DNA of 64,000 bases from an uncultured virus (IMG/VR IMGVR_UViG_3300021963_000099) (IMGVR_UViG_3300021963_000099); one strand, 5' to 3'. Shown: positions 37,601 to 46,347, counted from the first letter of the stretch. Notes: a model not told the origin generated them from the sequence alone. Program-made: numbers and translations.

Positions 37601-39478
37601 CAACTGAAGAATATTACATTTACATGTCCTGGTGGATCTGGTATTACAACCACTATTTTCCCAGATGGATCAAGTCCAAATTCAATATATGGAACGGATG
37701 TATTTAGAGTTGTTCAAGTAAATAATTCCACACAATTCCAAGTTAATGTTGGACCATCTACCATAACTCACACTTATAGTAGTGGTGGTACTGCTCAAGC
37801 AGGTATAACAACTACTATTTTCCCAGATGGAACTCAAGGTTATTTCTTTAAAGTAGAAGAAATTATCAGCCCTAATGCGGTAAGTATAGATGTTGGTATT
37901 TCTACAATTAATCATACTTATGTGAGTGGGGGAACAATGAGAGTTGGTTATACAACTACTATTTTCCCAGATGGAACACTTGGACCAGTATTCCCTGTTA
38001 AAAGATATATTAATAGTACAAAATTTGAAGTTGTTAGTGGTATATCTACAATTGATCACACTTATGTAAGTGGTGGAACTGTTGCAAAACAAACTCCTTT
38101 CCAAGATTATATTACCCAAATTAGAGATTTAAGTATTCAAACTGATTCTGCTACAGGATATAATAATACAATTAATTCATGTGCTAATGTAATTTCTGCA
38201 GTTAATACTTGTGTTGGAGTTATAACTTCAATTATTGATGAAGGATTTGCTGCTTTTGAATCTCCTTCAAATCCAACAGGTATCGTAACTACCTATGAAG
38301 GAAATAATGGTGCTGGAAGTGCTCAACCAAATGACCCATCTTTCTCAGCAGGAACTGATGGTCCAGTATTTAAAGGACCTTATATAAGAAACTGCACTAA
38401 CTTTATTCAAGATAGTATTGGAATGAGAATTAATGGATTTGATGCTGAACCTGGAGATCAGGATGAGATTGGTGTTCAGGGTTCAATGAGCGTTGACTCA
38501 TTTACTCAGTACAACCAAGGTGGAATTGGAGTTTCTATTAGTAATGGTGCTTATGCTCAGTTAGTATCAATCTTTACTATTTGTTGTGATGAAGCAATTG
38601 TAACTGAAACTGGAGGACAATGCGACCTAACAAACTCCAATGCTTCCTTTGGAAATAAAGGACTAGTTGCAAGAGGTGTCGGAGATCAAACTTCAAATTC
38701 AATTTACAGATTGACAGCAGAAGTTGTTGAAGAGGTTCCAATTGGTGGAAATAGAGTAATTATTTCTGGAGTAGGAACTCAAAGACCATATGATGGTCAA
38801 ACTATATTCTTCGATAAATTATATCAATCAGTAGAGGCTATTAAAGTTGTGGATGGAGGATCTGGATACACTGGTCCTGCACCAAGAATTACTATTGCTT
38901 CTCCAACTGGTCCAGATGGAATTACTGCCCAAGCAATTCCAATTATAGTTAATGGAGTAGTTGAAAGTATACTAGTAGCAAACTCTGGTAATCAGTACGA
39001 ATCTGCTCCTTCTATTACTGTTGATCCTCCAACTGAACCAGGAGGAAGACAAGCAGTTGTAGAAGTAGAAAGAATGGCACTGAGTTACTATAAAGTTGCT
39101 TCGGCAACTTTACCTCATGCAGGTATTTCAACAATTACCTTAAAATCCACTACTCCAACTGTAATTCCAGTTGGTGCTACTGCATATATAACAAGACAAA
39201 GTTTACAAATTGCAACTACAATTTCATTTGAATACATAGGTGCAGGGACAAATATTTTAACTGCTAGACCATCCGTTGGTGGAGTTACAATTCAAGAAAA
39301 TGAAGTAGTCATGGAAAATGGAGGACTTGTAGTTTATACAAGTACTGATCAAGCAGGTAACTTTAACATTGGTGATGGAATTACCATTGACCAAGCAACT
39401 GGTACTCTATCAGGTAGGGTATATATCAAATCACTATTCAATAATGTGACACCATTCATTCTCGCACTAGGAGGTTAA
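34700..39478 (+). CDS. Large fibre/spike-like structural protein with a split beta-helix and nested repeats (1592 aa)
   Basis: GELAIN..DG fibre N-terminus, pectin-lyase-like segments (YFVAITGDD..RTIKAA; PYIRNCT..DSFTQYN), internal repeats, late promoter upstream. Confidence 0.7.
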   Translation: MNTDPLILLKRSLEKDKIPTIAQLGLGELAINHFDGKVFVRQDTQGAAGIATRVVQVGAGGSLGKTYFVAITGDDENNGLNEITPLRTIKAAAAKAIPGDTIKIAPGTFIENNPITLRKNVSVEGYELRNCLVTPQNPSQDLFYVSDGVHLTDLSFVGQPATNGAAVIAFPPLLGVAGDRYFDAARLLRFNSDFIAREAVGFLTSGYSGLAGSQRAQDAARLLDLNKEFIAREAVGFLTSGYSGYAADHRTQDAARLIELNRDFISFEAADYIDSADYTKIGNLNATEEANLRSDIKLTLDALIYDLISTGNEKSVGNSTNFFQGGSLITRLTGAGFSGALVDGLVYAAGIATHVINNYPWGGITSTTTNVVSFDYTASTGVATVTTNSDADVDVGNPVRLANISFTCPGGSGITTTIFPDHTRGDTFIVESTVGINTFTINVGISTISHTYNSGGTVTSLKNRSDYSQTFRESVSRVNYGCVAIGNSINTLIGITTNVVSAGNTSGLPAVVSNAINLYTADCADDVKDIITAVSHDLKANGNIKSVGAAQSYFVGGSLAHISEAGIPEQTIDTLQYAADIMESVINTRPWGTIPAGQDKNITGFVYTASTGIGTITAVGHGVTTGDTIKLTGIAFTCPGGSGITTTIFPDGTQGSFFEVKEYIDENTVKIFAGISTINHTYNTGGILRKYENFQETYQQTLDNSVIQVRGGCVGVANTIRQLVGIVTQAIGVGNTNSLPGITTGIRLDMEKCFRDVKFAIKAICYDITRGGNSKSVSIGKTYFDANGNKLGILADPNEYEQTVIALNYSKDIARAVINNVNWGSKLDPIWSRDFAGGSANIGITTVDYDKSTGITTITTNVGHGLTTGHSVKLAGIAMTCPGYNYTGIAVTGFQYNKSTGLSTVFLGTNHFVNENDLVFLENLKFNCGDSGLGPVVNITNAVYDKTVGILTVTTSAASGVHTGEPVQLKNITFTCPGGSGITTTIFPDGSSPNSIYGTDVFRVVQVNNSTQFQVNVGPSTITHTYSSGGTAQAGITTTIFPDGTQGYFFKVEEIISPNAVSIDVGISTINHTYVSGGTMRVGYTTTIFPDGTLGPVFPVKRYINSTKFEVVSGISTIDHTYVSGGTVAKQTPFQDYITQIRDLSIQTDSATGYNNTINSCANVISAVNTCVGVITSIIDEGFAAFESPSNPTGIVTTYEGNNGAGSAQPNDPSFSAGTDGPVFKGPYIRNCTNFIQDSIGMRINGFDAEPGDQDEIGVQGSMSVDSFTQYNQGGIGVSISNGAYAQLVSIFTICCDEAIVTETGGQCDLTNSNASFGNKGLVARGVGDQTSNSIYRLTAEVVEEVPIGGNRVIISGVGTQRPYDGQTIFFDKLYQSVEAIKVVDGGSGYTGPAPRITIASPTGPDGITAQAIPIIVNGVVESILVANSGNQYESAPSITVDPPTEPGGRQAVVEVERMALSYYKVASATLPHAGISTITLKSTTPTVIPVGATAYITRQSLQIATTISFEYIGAGTNILTARPSVGGVTIQENEVVMENGGLVVYTSTDQAGNFNIGDGITIDQATGTLSGRVYIKSLFNNVTPFILALGG

Positions 39479-39482
39479 TCAA

Positions 39483-39824
39483 ATGGCAGCAGCAATTGCA
39501 ATTAACAATTTTAGAACTATTACCCATCAGGCATCAACAGGATCACCAACTGTTGTTTATACAGCTCCAACTGGATATACAGCAGTATTCCTATTAGTTC
39601 AAGCAGCAAATATCGGACCACAAACAAAAACAATTAGTTTTTATCACAAAAGAGGTGCAGTAACAACAGAAATTGTATTGAATTTGCCAATCGCTGCAGG
39701 TGATACACTTAATCTATTACCAGGTAAACTGGTTTTAGAAACTGGAGATGCTATTGCTGTTAGCGCCAATACAACTACAGACATTAAGTTTATTGCTAGC
39801 GTTCTTGAAACATCTAACTTCTAA
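39483..39824 (+). CDS. Small beta-rich virion protein
   Basis: GGAGG SD; VYTAP...KLVLETGD..SVLE pattern seen in phage structural genes. Confidence 0.65.
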   Translation: MAAAIAINNFRTITHQASTGSPTVVYTAPTGYTAVFLLVQAANIGPQTKTISFYHKRGAVTTEIVLNLPIAAGDTLNLLPGKLVLETGDAIAVSANTTTDIKFIASVLETSNF

Positions 39825-39844
39825 TTTGGGGGATTTAAACTATT

Positions 39845-41974
39845 ATGGGAAGAAGAACATTTTTAACTGGAAGAGAAACTGAATTAAAAGTAGGAGTTGG
39901 TCAGTATTCCGAAAATAGAACCTCTTTAGAAGTTATAGGAAGAGTTGGTATTGCAACTACAAATGCGTCATGCGATTTAGATGTTAATGGTAATGCTCAA
40001 TTTCATAATGAACTTAGAGATTATACAAATACGATGGGTGCAGCAAGAAGTGTTTTAACTTCTACTGGTTCTTCAGTATTCTGGGATGATGCATTTGATC
40101 CCAATGCATTGTTGGGAATTACAGTTCAAGAAGAAGGTGTCACTGTAGGTTCAGCAGGAAGTATTCAAACTTTAAACTTTGTAGGATCTCAAGTAACTGC
40201 AGAGGGATTTTTGGGTATTGCTACTATTACGGTAGATCCTTTTGAACCAGCAGGAAATAATTATCAAGTACAATTCAACCAAGATGGATTTTTTGGTGCA
40301 GCGACAAGATTGATTTATAATGATGATTTATTGAGAGTTTCTGTAGGAAGAACAGACACTGGATCATATACATTTAATGTTACTGGTCCAGCAGGTTTTT
40401 CTAGCGATGTATATACTGAAAGAGTTTTTGTAACAGATAGAACTCCTTCTCTTCCAAATGAACTTGCATCAAAAGAATATGTAGATTTATTTGCGACTGC
40501 TGCTATTGTTATTCAGCAAGCAGTATCTGTTGCAACTACAGCAAACTTAAATGCTACTTATTATAATGGACCTCTTACTGGTATTGGTAATAGTTTAATT
40601 GGTATTGGCGCATCTTTGATTGCAAATAGCAATGGTATATTGAATATCGATAATTTTGTACCTGCAGACTCCGATAGAATTTTAGTAAAAAATCAAACTC
40701 TAGAGCAGCACAATGGATTCTATGTTGCAATTTCTACTGGAAGTGCATCAACTCCTTGGATTTTAGAAAGAGCCTTAGACTTCGATGAACCAACTGAAAT
40801 TACAGAGGGTGCATTTGCATTCGTTACTAATGGAGATCTTAATGGTGCAAACGGTTTCGTTCTTATTAGTATCGCTCCACCATTTGATTATGTAGGAACT
40901 GGTTATGTCGGTTTATCCAGTTTAACATTCACCCAGTTCTCCGCACCTGGTGAAACTCTTGCAGGACTTGGACTTTATAAGACTGGAAATGAAATTAATG
41001 TTGGAACAGCAAGTAGTGCGAGAATTGTAGTAAATCAGGATGATATTGATCTTGCTCCAGTAGCAGTATCTGGAATCACAACTACATCTAGATTTGATTA
41101 TTTTGTTTCTAAAGTAAGTGTAGATGGATATGGTAGAGTTGCTGGTTTTACTAGTGCAAGACATCAATTAGCATCTACGACAGCAGAAGGAATTGTAAGA
41201 CTTAGTGGAGATGTATTCCAAGTAAACTCTGGAATTACAACTTTAGCAAATACAGTTTTTGCTAATAATATTACTGCTTCTGGCGTAATTACTGCTGCAT
41301 CATTTAGTGGTAATTTTGATAGTACTGGGGGAGATGGTCAAATTAATATTGATAATATTAATGCTGGCATTGTTACTGCAGGATTTTTCTATGGAGATGG
41401 TAGCAATATTACTAATATTTTGACAGGTGTTGGTCTTGCAACTGAAACTGCTTATGTTGGAAGTGGAGCTACAACTTTAGAGTTTAGGGGTGCTGCAGTT
41501 AGTAAAGTTGAGTTATTTGGTCCATCTGGAATTGGTACTATTACAATTGAAGGTGGAAGAAATATTGATGATGTTGGTAATGCAAATCAAGTTCTTTATA
41601 AAGATGCTAGCAATAATGCAACTACATCCGCAAACTTAACATTTAATGGTACAAACTTAGTTTGTGGAGGAACAGTTACTGCAAACTCTGATGAATCTTT
41701 AAAAGAAAATGTAAAATCAATTGAAGGATCTCTAGAAAAAGTTACTCAACTTCGTGGAGTTGAGTTTGATTATAAAGAAACTGGAGATCATTCTATTGGA
41801 TTAATTGCACAAGAAGTTGAAAAAGTTCTTCCAGATCTTGTTTATGAAAGTGATGATGGTATTAAGTCTGTTGCATATCAAAATATTGTAGCAGTCCTTA
41901 TTGAGGCAGTTAAAGAACAACAAGAGCAAATTAATTCTCTTAGAAGTGAAATTAGACTTCTAAAAGGTATCTAA
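39845..41974 (+). CDS. Tail fibre with C-terminal intramolecular chaperone (peptidase S74-like)
   Basis: DRILVKNQT..NGFY fibre domain; NSDESLK...GLIAQEVEKVLP...LIEAVKEQ chaperone motif. Confidence 0.85.
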   Translation: MGRRTFLTGRETELKVGVGQYSENRTSLEVIGRVGIATTNASCDLDVNGNAQFHNELRDYTNTMGAARSVLTSTGSSVFWDDAFDPNALLGITVQEEGVTVGSAGSIQTLNFVGSQVTAEGFLGIATITVDPFEPAGNNYQVQFNQDGFFGAATRLIYNDDLLRVSVGRTDTGSYTFNVTGPAGFSSDVYTERVFVTDRTPSLPNELASKEYVDLFATAAIVIQQAVSVATTANLNATYYNGPLTGIGNSLIGIGASLIANSNGILNIDNFVPADSDRILVKNQTLEQHNGFYVAISTGSASTPWILERALDFDEPTEITEGAFAFVTNGDLNGANGFVLISIAPPFDYVGTGYVGLSSLTFTQFSAPGETLAGLGLYKTGNEINVGTASSARIVVNQDDIDLAPVAVSGITTTSRFDYFVSKVSVDGYGRVAGFTSARHQLASTTAEGIVRLSGDVFQVNSGITTLANTVFANNITASGVITAASFSGNFDSTGGDGQINIDNINAGIVTAGFFYGDGSNITNILTGVGLATETAYVGSGATTLEFRGAAVSKVELFGPSGIGTITIEGGRNIDDVGNANQVLYKDASNNATTSANLTFNGTNLVCGGTVTANSDESLKENVKSIEGSLEKVTQLRGVEFDYKETGDHSIGLIAQEVEKVLPDLVYESDDGIKSVAYQNIVAVLIEAVKEQQEQINSLRSEIRLLKGI

Positions 41975-41978
41975 TTAT

Positions 41979-42016
41979 TTGGAGCAATAAATAGAAAAAA
42001 GTATTTGTTGCTCCAA
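41979..42016 (+). promoter_or_regulatory. 15-bp hairpin containing a late promoter and occluding the start codon
   Basis: TTGGAGCAATAAATA(41979-41993)/TATTTGTTGCTCCAA(42002-42016); ATAAATA lies in the 5' arm; the last base is the A of ATG. Confidence 0.8.
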
Positions 42017-43092
42017 TGTTTGATATAGATCCTAAAAAGCACAAATCTGCTCAAAAGCAGGAAAAAATTAGAGGTTTAACTAAATCTACAAATCCAAATG
42101 AAGCGGATGTTGCAAAGAAAAAATTAAGACCATCTGCTTCTATAGATCTTCCTAAAGTTAATAAAGAAGAAGTTAAAATAGTAGATAAAATTCTCCAAGA
42201 ACTTGGAGAAGAGAAAAAAGGTCTTTGGGCAAACATTCATGCTCGTAGAAAGAAAGGTCTTCCCAAAAAGAAACCAGGGCAAAAGGGATATCCAGAAACC
42301 CTTAATATTAAAGAGGGTTTAAAGCAGGCACGCAAAAATGTTGGTGCTTCTAAGTGTTGGGATGGAAAAAAAGTTGATCCAAATCAACCAACAAAAATAA
42401 AGGGCGGCAAAGAAGTGCCAAATTGTGTTCCAGAGTCACTAACTATTGAGGATGCAGATGGAAACACTTTTGCAGAAGTTATTGATATTATTAAAGTAAA
42501 TGAAGAAAGTGAAAAAAAGTATTGTAAAAAATGTAAGAAAAGAGAATCTAGAGATGAGTGTAAATATGGTCCAAAAGTATGGGACAAAATGACTTCAGAT
42601 GATGACGATGATGAAGATGATGATATTAAAGAAGCAGTAAAAATTCCTGCTAAGAGTGGTAATTTACTTATGGTTGTCGTCATGTGGAGAGGAAAAACTT
42701 ATGGACTAAGAGTTTTCTTCCCACAAACAAAGATGCCTAATAAGAAGGAAGTTGAACAAGAGATTCAAAAAATCTATCCAGATTCCAGAGTAACTTATAT
42801 TCAAAAAGTTGAAAGAGAACCTGGACAACCTTTTCTTCAAGTAGAAGGCGCTGCATGGACAAAAAAAGCGGGAAAGTCTAAGAGCGGTGGACTTAATGAA
42901 AAAGGACGCCGCTCATACGAAAAAGAAAATCCTGGTTCTGATTTAAAGGCACCTTCAAAGAAAGTTGGAAATCCCAGGAGAGCATCATTCTGTGCGAGAA
43001 TGACAGGAATGAAGAAAAAGTTAACTTCAAGTAAAACTGCTAACGATCCAGATAGCAGAATCAATAAGTCCCTTAGAGCTTGGAATTGCTGA
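42016..43092 (+). CDS. Modular Lys-rich protein, probable internal head polyprotein (C-terminal DUF6321-like module)
   Basis: Short basic modules separated by [ILV]-x-E sites; C-terminal GGLNEKGR...RRASFCARM...SLRAWNC. Confidence 0.6.
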   Translation: MFDIDPKKHKSAQKQEKIRGLTKSTNPNEADVAKKKLRPSASIDLPKVNKEEVKIVDKILQELGEEKKGLWANIHARRKKGLPKKKPGQKGYPETLNIKEGLKQARKNVGASKCWDGKKVDPNQPTKIKGGKEVPNCVPESLTIEDADGNTFAEVIDIIKVNEESEKKYCKKCKKRESRDECKYGPKVWDKMTSDDDDDEDDDIKEAVKIPAKSGNLLMVVVMWRGKTYGLRVFFPQTKMPNKKEVEQEIQKIYPDSRVTYIQKVEREPGQPFLQVEGAAWTKKAGKSKSGGLNEKGRRSYEKENPGSDLKAPSKKVGNPRRASFCARMTGMKKKLTSSKTANDPDSRINKSLRAWNC

Positions 43093-43093
43093 T

Positions 43094-43414
43094 ATGAAAA
43101 GTTTTAAAGAGTTTTTATCAGAATCTGTAAATATTTCTGGAGATTTCAACGGAAATCTTTATATTAATTCTCAACAAGAACAACCTCAACAGGTTGGTGA
43201 AAGTTATGTTGCGGATGTTATGTGGATGGGAAATCTTTACAGAATGCAATTAGTAACTAAATCTGGATTACCTTCAAAACAAGATCTCGGAGAACAACTT
43301 CAAAGAGAATATCCTGGAGCAATTGTTCATAACATTTATCCAGCAGAAGAAAAGAATCTAAACATTAAAAATGTTCAAAGATACCACCCATCAAAACTAG
43401 AATGGATTGATTGA
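43094..43414 (+). CDS. Probable internal head protein with capsid-targeting sequence
   Basis: N-terminus MKSFKEFLSE resembles the T4 internal-protein CTS (MKTYQEFIAE type). Confidence 0.6.
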   Translation: MKSFKEFLSESVNISGDFNGNLYINSQQEQPQQVGESYVADVMWMGNLYRMQLVTKSGLPSKQDLGEQLQREYPGAIVHNIYPAEEKNLNIKNVQRYHPSKLEWID

Positions 43415-43417
43415 TTC

Positions 43418-44692
43418 ATGGCACAGTGGAATAAGAATGAACAGGACTATCTAAATCAAGAGAGAAGTCTCTTTGAGGTTTTTAATATTGCAGATCACTG
43501 GGGAAACCAGACGGACTGGAGACCTCAGTTTTCTAATAACAACAGACTTAAGGTTGCTCCGTATCAAACAGTCTTCTTCAATACTTTCCAATACGGAAAA
43601 GAAACTGATGTATGGGATGAAAGAATAATTGGAGTTGGAACTGCAACCCATAATGTGAATAGTAGTAATATTGTAATGCAAGTTGGTTCAACTGCAGGAA
43701 GTAAAGTTATTAGACAAACCAAGAATGTGATGAGATACATTCCTGGCAGATCCGCATCTCTTGCATTTGCTATTCGTCTTGAAACGCCAAAAGTAGGAAT
43801 TCGCAGAAGATTCGGATTGTTTGATGAATATAATGGTGCTTATTTTGAGGATGATGGTGGGACATATGCTTATGTTATTCGTAGCACAACATCTGGAATT
43901 ACTACAGAAACAAGAGTAACCAGAGAAAATTGGAATGGTGAAAAGTTTGATGGAAATGGTTGGACTGGAGTAACTGCAGATCCAACAAAACAACAAATGA
44001 TTTCCATCAACTATGAATGGTATGGTGCTGGAATTGTTCAATTCAATTGGTTAATGAAGAATGAAACGATTCATAGTCATACTTTTGATAACGCAAATAC
44101 TAATCCATATGTTTGGTGTTCTACTCCATTCTTACCAATTCGATGTGAGATTGAAAATGTAACTGGAGTTGCAGGAACTCATTACTTATATCAAGGTTCT
44201 AATTCTCTTATTCAGGAAGGAGAACCAGAAAAACTCGGAACACTTTTAAGTATTTCAAATCCCATCACGGGAACGACGATGGCACTTGCAAATACATTTT
44301 ATCCGATTGTAAGTCTTCGTTTAAAGTCAAGTAATCTATCTGCCGTGATGCTTTTAAGATCATTACAAGCAGCAACAAATGATAATACTAATGTATATTG
44401 GAGACTTATTGAAAACGCAACTCTTACTGGGGCAAATTGGACAAACCATCCAGATCCGAATTCATTTATACAATATGATACTACTGCGACTGCTTTGAGT
44501 GGTGGAACTAGTTTGTTAAATGGATTTGTAGTTGGTGGTGGATCAGCACTGATTGAAATTGATGATAATGCGGCACTTCAGTTAGGTAGAAGTGGTATTG
44601 GTACAATCAGTGATACTTATACACTTGCTTGTGCGAGTCCTAATGTCAACAAAGCAGCACTTGCAGTATTGAACTGGATTGAACAAAGGTAA
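43418..44692 (+). CDS. Beta-sandwich (lectin/ConA-like) putative virion protein
   Basis: RQTK..MRYIPG, RFGLFD..NGAYFE, YEWYGAG, LPIRCEI; lies in the late island. Confidence 0.55.
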   Translation: MAQWNKNEQDYLNQERSLFEVFNIADHWGNQTDWRPQFSNNNRLKVAPYQTVFFNTFQYGKETDVWDERIIGVGTATHNVNSSNIVMQVGSTAGSKVIRQTKNVMRYIPGRSASLAFAIRLETPKVGIRRRFGLFDEYNGAYFEDDGGTYAYVIRSTTSGITTETRVTRENWNGEKFDGNGWTGVTADPTKQQMISINYEWYGAGIVQFNWLMKNETIHSHTFDNANTNPYVWCSTPFLPIRCEIENVTGVAGTHYLYQGSNSLIQEGEPEKLGTLLSISNPITGTTMALANTFYPIVSLRLKSSNLSAVMLLRSLQAATNDNTNVYWRLIENATLTGANWTNHPDPNSFIQYDTTATALSGGTSLLNGFVVGGGSALIEIDDNAALQLGRSGIGTISDTYTLACASPNVNKAALAVLNWIEQR

Positions 44693-44697
44693 TTTTT

Positions 44698-46347
44698 ATG
44701 AGTGATAGTGTATATCTAGGTAATCCTAATCTAAAAAAAGCAAATACTGCAATTGAATTTACTCAAGAACAAATTCTTGAGTTTGTAAAATGTAAAGAAG
44801 ATCCAGTATATTTTGCAAATAACTATATCAAGATTGTTTCTCTTGATGAAGGATTAACTCAGTTTCATCCTTATCATTTCCAAGAGAGATTGATTACAAG
44901 ATTCCATGAGAATCGTTTTAATATTTGCAAAATGCCTAGACAGACGGGTAAATCAACAACCGTTGTCTCGTATCTTCTTCATTATGCAGTTTTTAATGAT
45001 AGTGTTAATATTGGTATTCTTGCAAACAAAGCAGCGACTGCTAGAGAACTTTTAAGTAGATTACAGACTGCTTATGAAAATCTACCAAAATGGATGCAGC
45101 AAGGTATCATATCATGGAATAAAGGTTCTCTGGAGTTAGAAAATGGCAGTAAGATATTGGCAGCTTCTACATCTGCGAGTGCTGTCCGAGGCATGTCTTT
45201 CAATATCTTGTTCCTCGACGAATTCGCTTTCGTTCCAAACCATATTGCAGACTCGTTCTTTGCATCTGTTTATCCTACTATTACTTCTGGTAAAAACACG
45301 AAGGTAATTGTAGTATCTACGCCACACGGTATGAATCACTTCTACCGAATGTGGCATGATGCAGAAAAAGGAAAAAATGAATATGTCCCAACTGATGTTC
45401 ACTGGTCAGAAGTCCCTGGAAGGGATGAGAAGTGGAAAGCATCGACTATTGCTAATACTTCAGAGCAGCAGTTCAAAGTTGAGTTTGAATGCGAATTCTT
45501 AGGATCAGTTGATACTCTTATTAACCCCAGTAAACTCAGAACATTAGTATATGATAGTCCAATTAAAAGAAATGCTGGACTAGACATATATGAAGAATCA
45601 AAAGAGAATCATGATTATGTAATTACTGTAGATGTTGCGAGAGGAGTAAGTGAAGATTACTCAGCATTTGTAGTATTTGATATAACACAGTTTCCCCATA
45701 AGATTGTGGCAAAATATAGAAACAACGAGATCAAACCTATGTTGTTTCCAAATATAATCTATGAAGTAGCAAAAAATTATAATGGTGCATATATTCTTTG
45801 CGAAGTAAATGATATTGGTGATCAGGTAGCATCTTTACTGCATTATGATCTTGAGTATCAAAATGTTTTGATGTGTTCTATGAGAGGAAGAGCAGGTCAA
45901 ATAGTCGGACAAGGATTTTCTGGAAAGAAAACTCAACTTGGTGTTAAGATGTCCAAAACTGTTAAGAAAGTTGGATCTCTTAATCTTAAAACTATGATTG
46001 AAGAAGATAAACTTATCTTCAATGACTATGAGATCATATCTGAGTTAACAACTTTTATTCAAAAACACAATTCATTTGAGGCAGAAGAGGGTTGTAATGA
46101 TGACCTTGCAATGTGTCTTGTAATATATGCTTGGTTAGTTGCACAGGATTATTTTAAAGAACTTACAGATCAAGATATTAGAAAGCGTTTATATGAAGAA
46201 CAAAAGAATCAGATAGAACAAGATATGTCTCCATTTGGATTTGTAATTGATGGTTTAAACGATGAAGGATCTTTTGTAGACAGTACTGGAGATAGATGGT
46301 TTACCGATGAATATGGTGATATGTCTTATATGTGGGATTATGTATGA
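44698..46347 (+). CDS. g17: Terminase large subunit gp17
   Basis: PRQTGKST Walker A, LFLDEFAF Walker B, STPHG, VDVARG, DDLAM nuclease motifs; no intein evident. Confidence 0.97.
   Translation: MSDSVYLGNPNLKKANTAIEFTQEQILEFVKCKEDPVYFANNYIKIVSLDEGLTQFHPYHFQERLITRFHENRFNICKMPRQTGKSTTVVSYLLHYAVFNDSVNIGILANKAATARELLSRLQTAYENLPKWMQQGIISWNKGSLELENGSKILAASTSASAVRGMSFNILFLDEFAFVPNHIADSFFASVYPTITSGKNTKVIVVSTPHGMNHFYRMWHDAEKGKNEYVPTDVHWSEVPGRDEKWKASTIANTSEQQFKVEFECEFLGSVDTLINPSKLRTLVYDSPIKRNAGLDIYEESKENHDYVITVDVARGVSEDYSAFVVFDITQFPHKIVAKYRNNEIKPMLFPNIIYEVAKNYNGAYILCEVNDIGDQVASLLHYDLEYQNVLMCSMRGRAGQIVGQGFSGKKTQLGVKMSKTVKKVGSLNLKTMIEEDKLIFNDYEIISELTTFIQKHNSFEAEEGCNDDLAMCLVIYAWLVAQDYFKELTDQDIRKRLYEEQKNQIEQDMSPFGFVIDGLNDEGSFVDSTGDRWFTDEYGDMSYMWDYV

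Noticed and set aside
35916..37980. Diversity-generating retroelement template/variable repeats
   Set aside because: The DNA repeats are in-frame domain copies differing mostly at synonymous positions, not specifically at adenines, and no reverse transcriptase is in the window.
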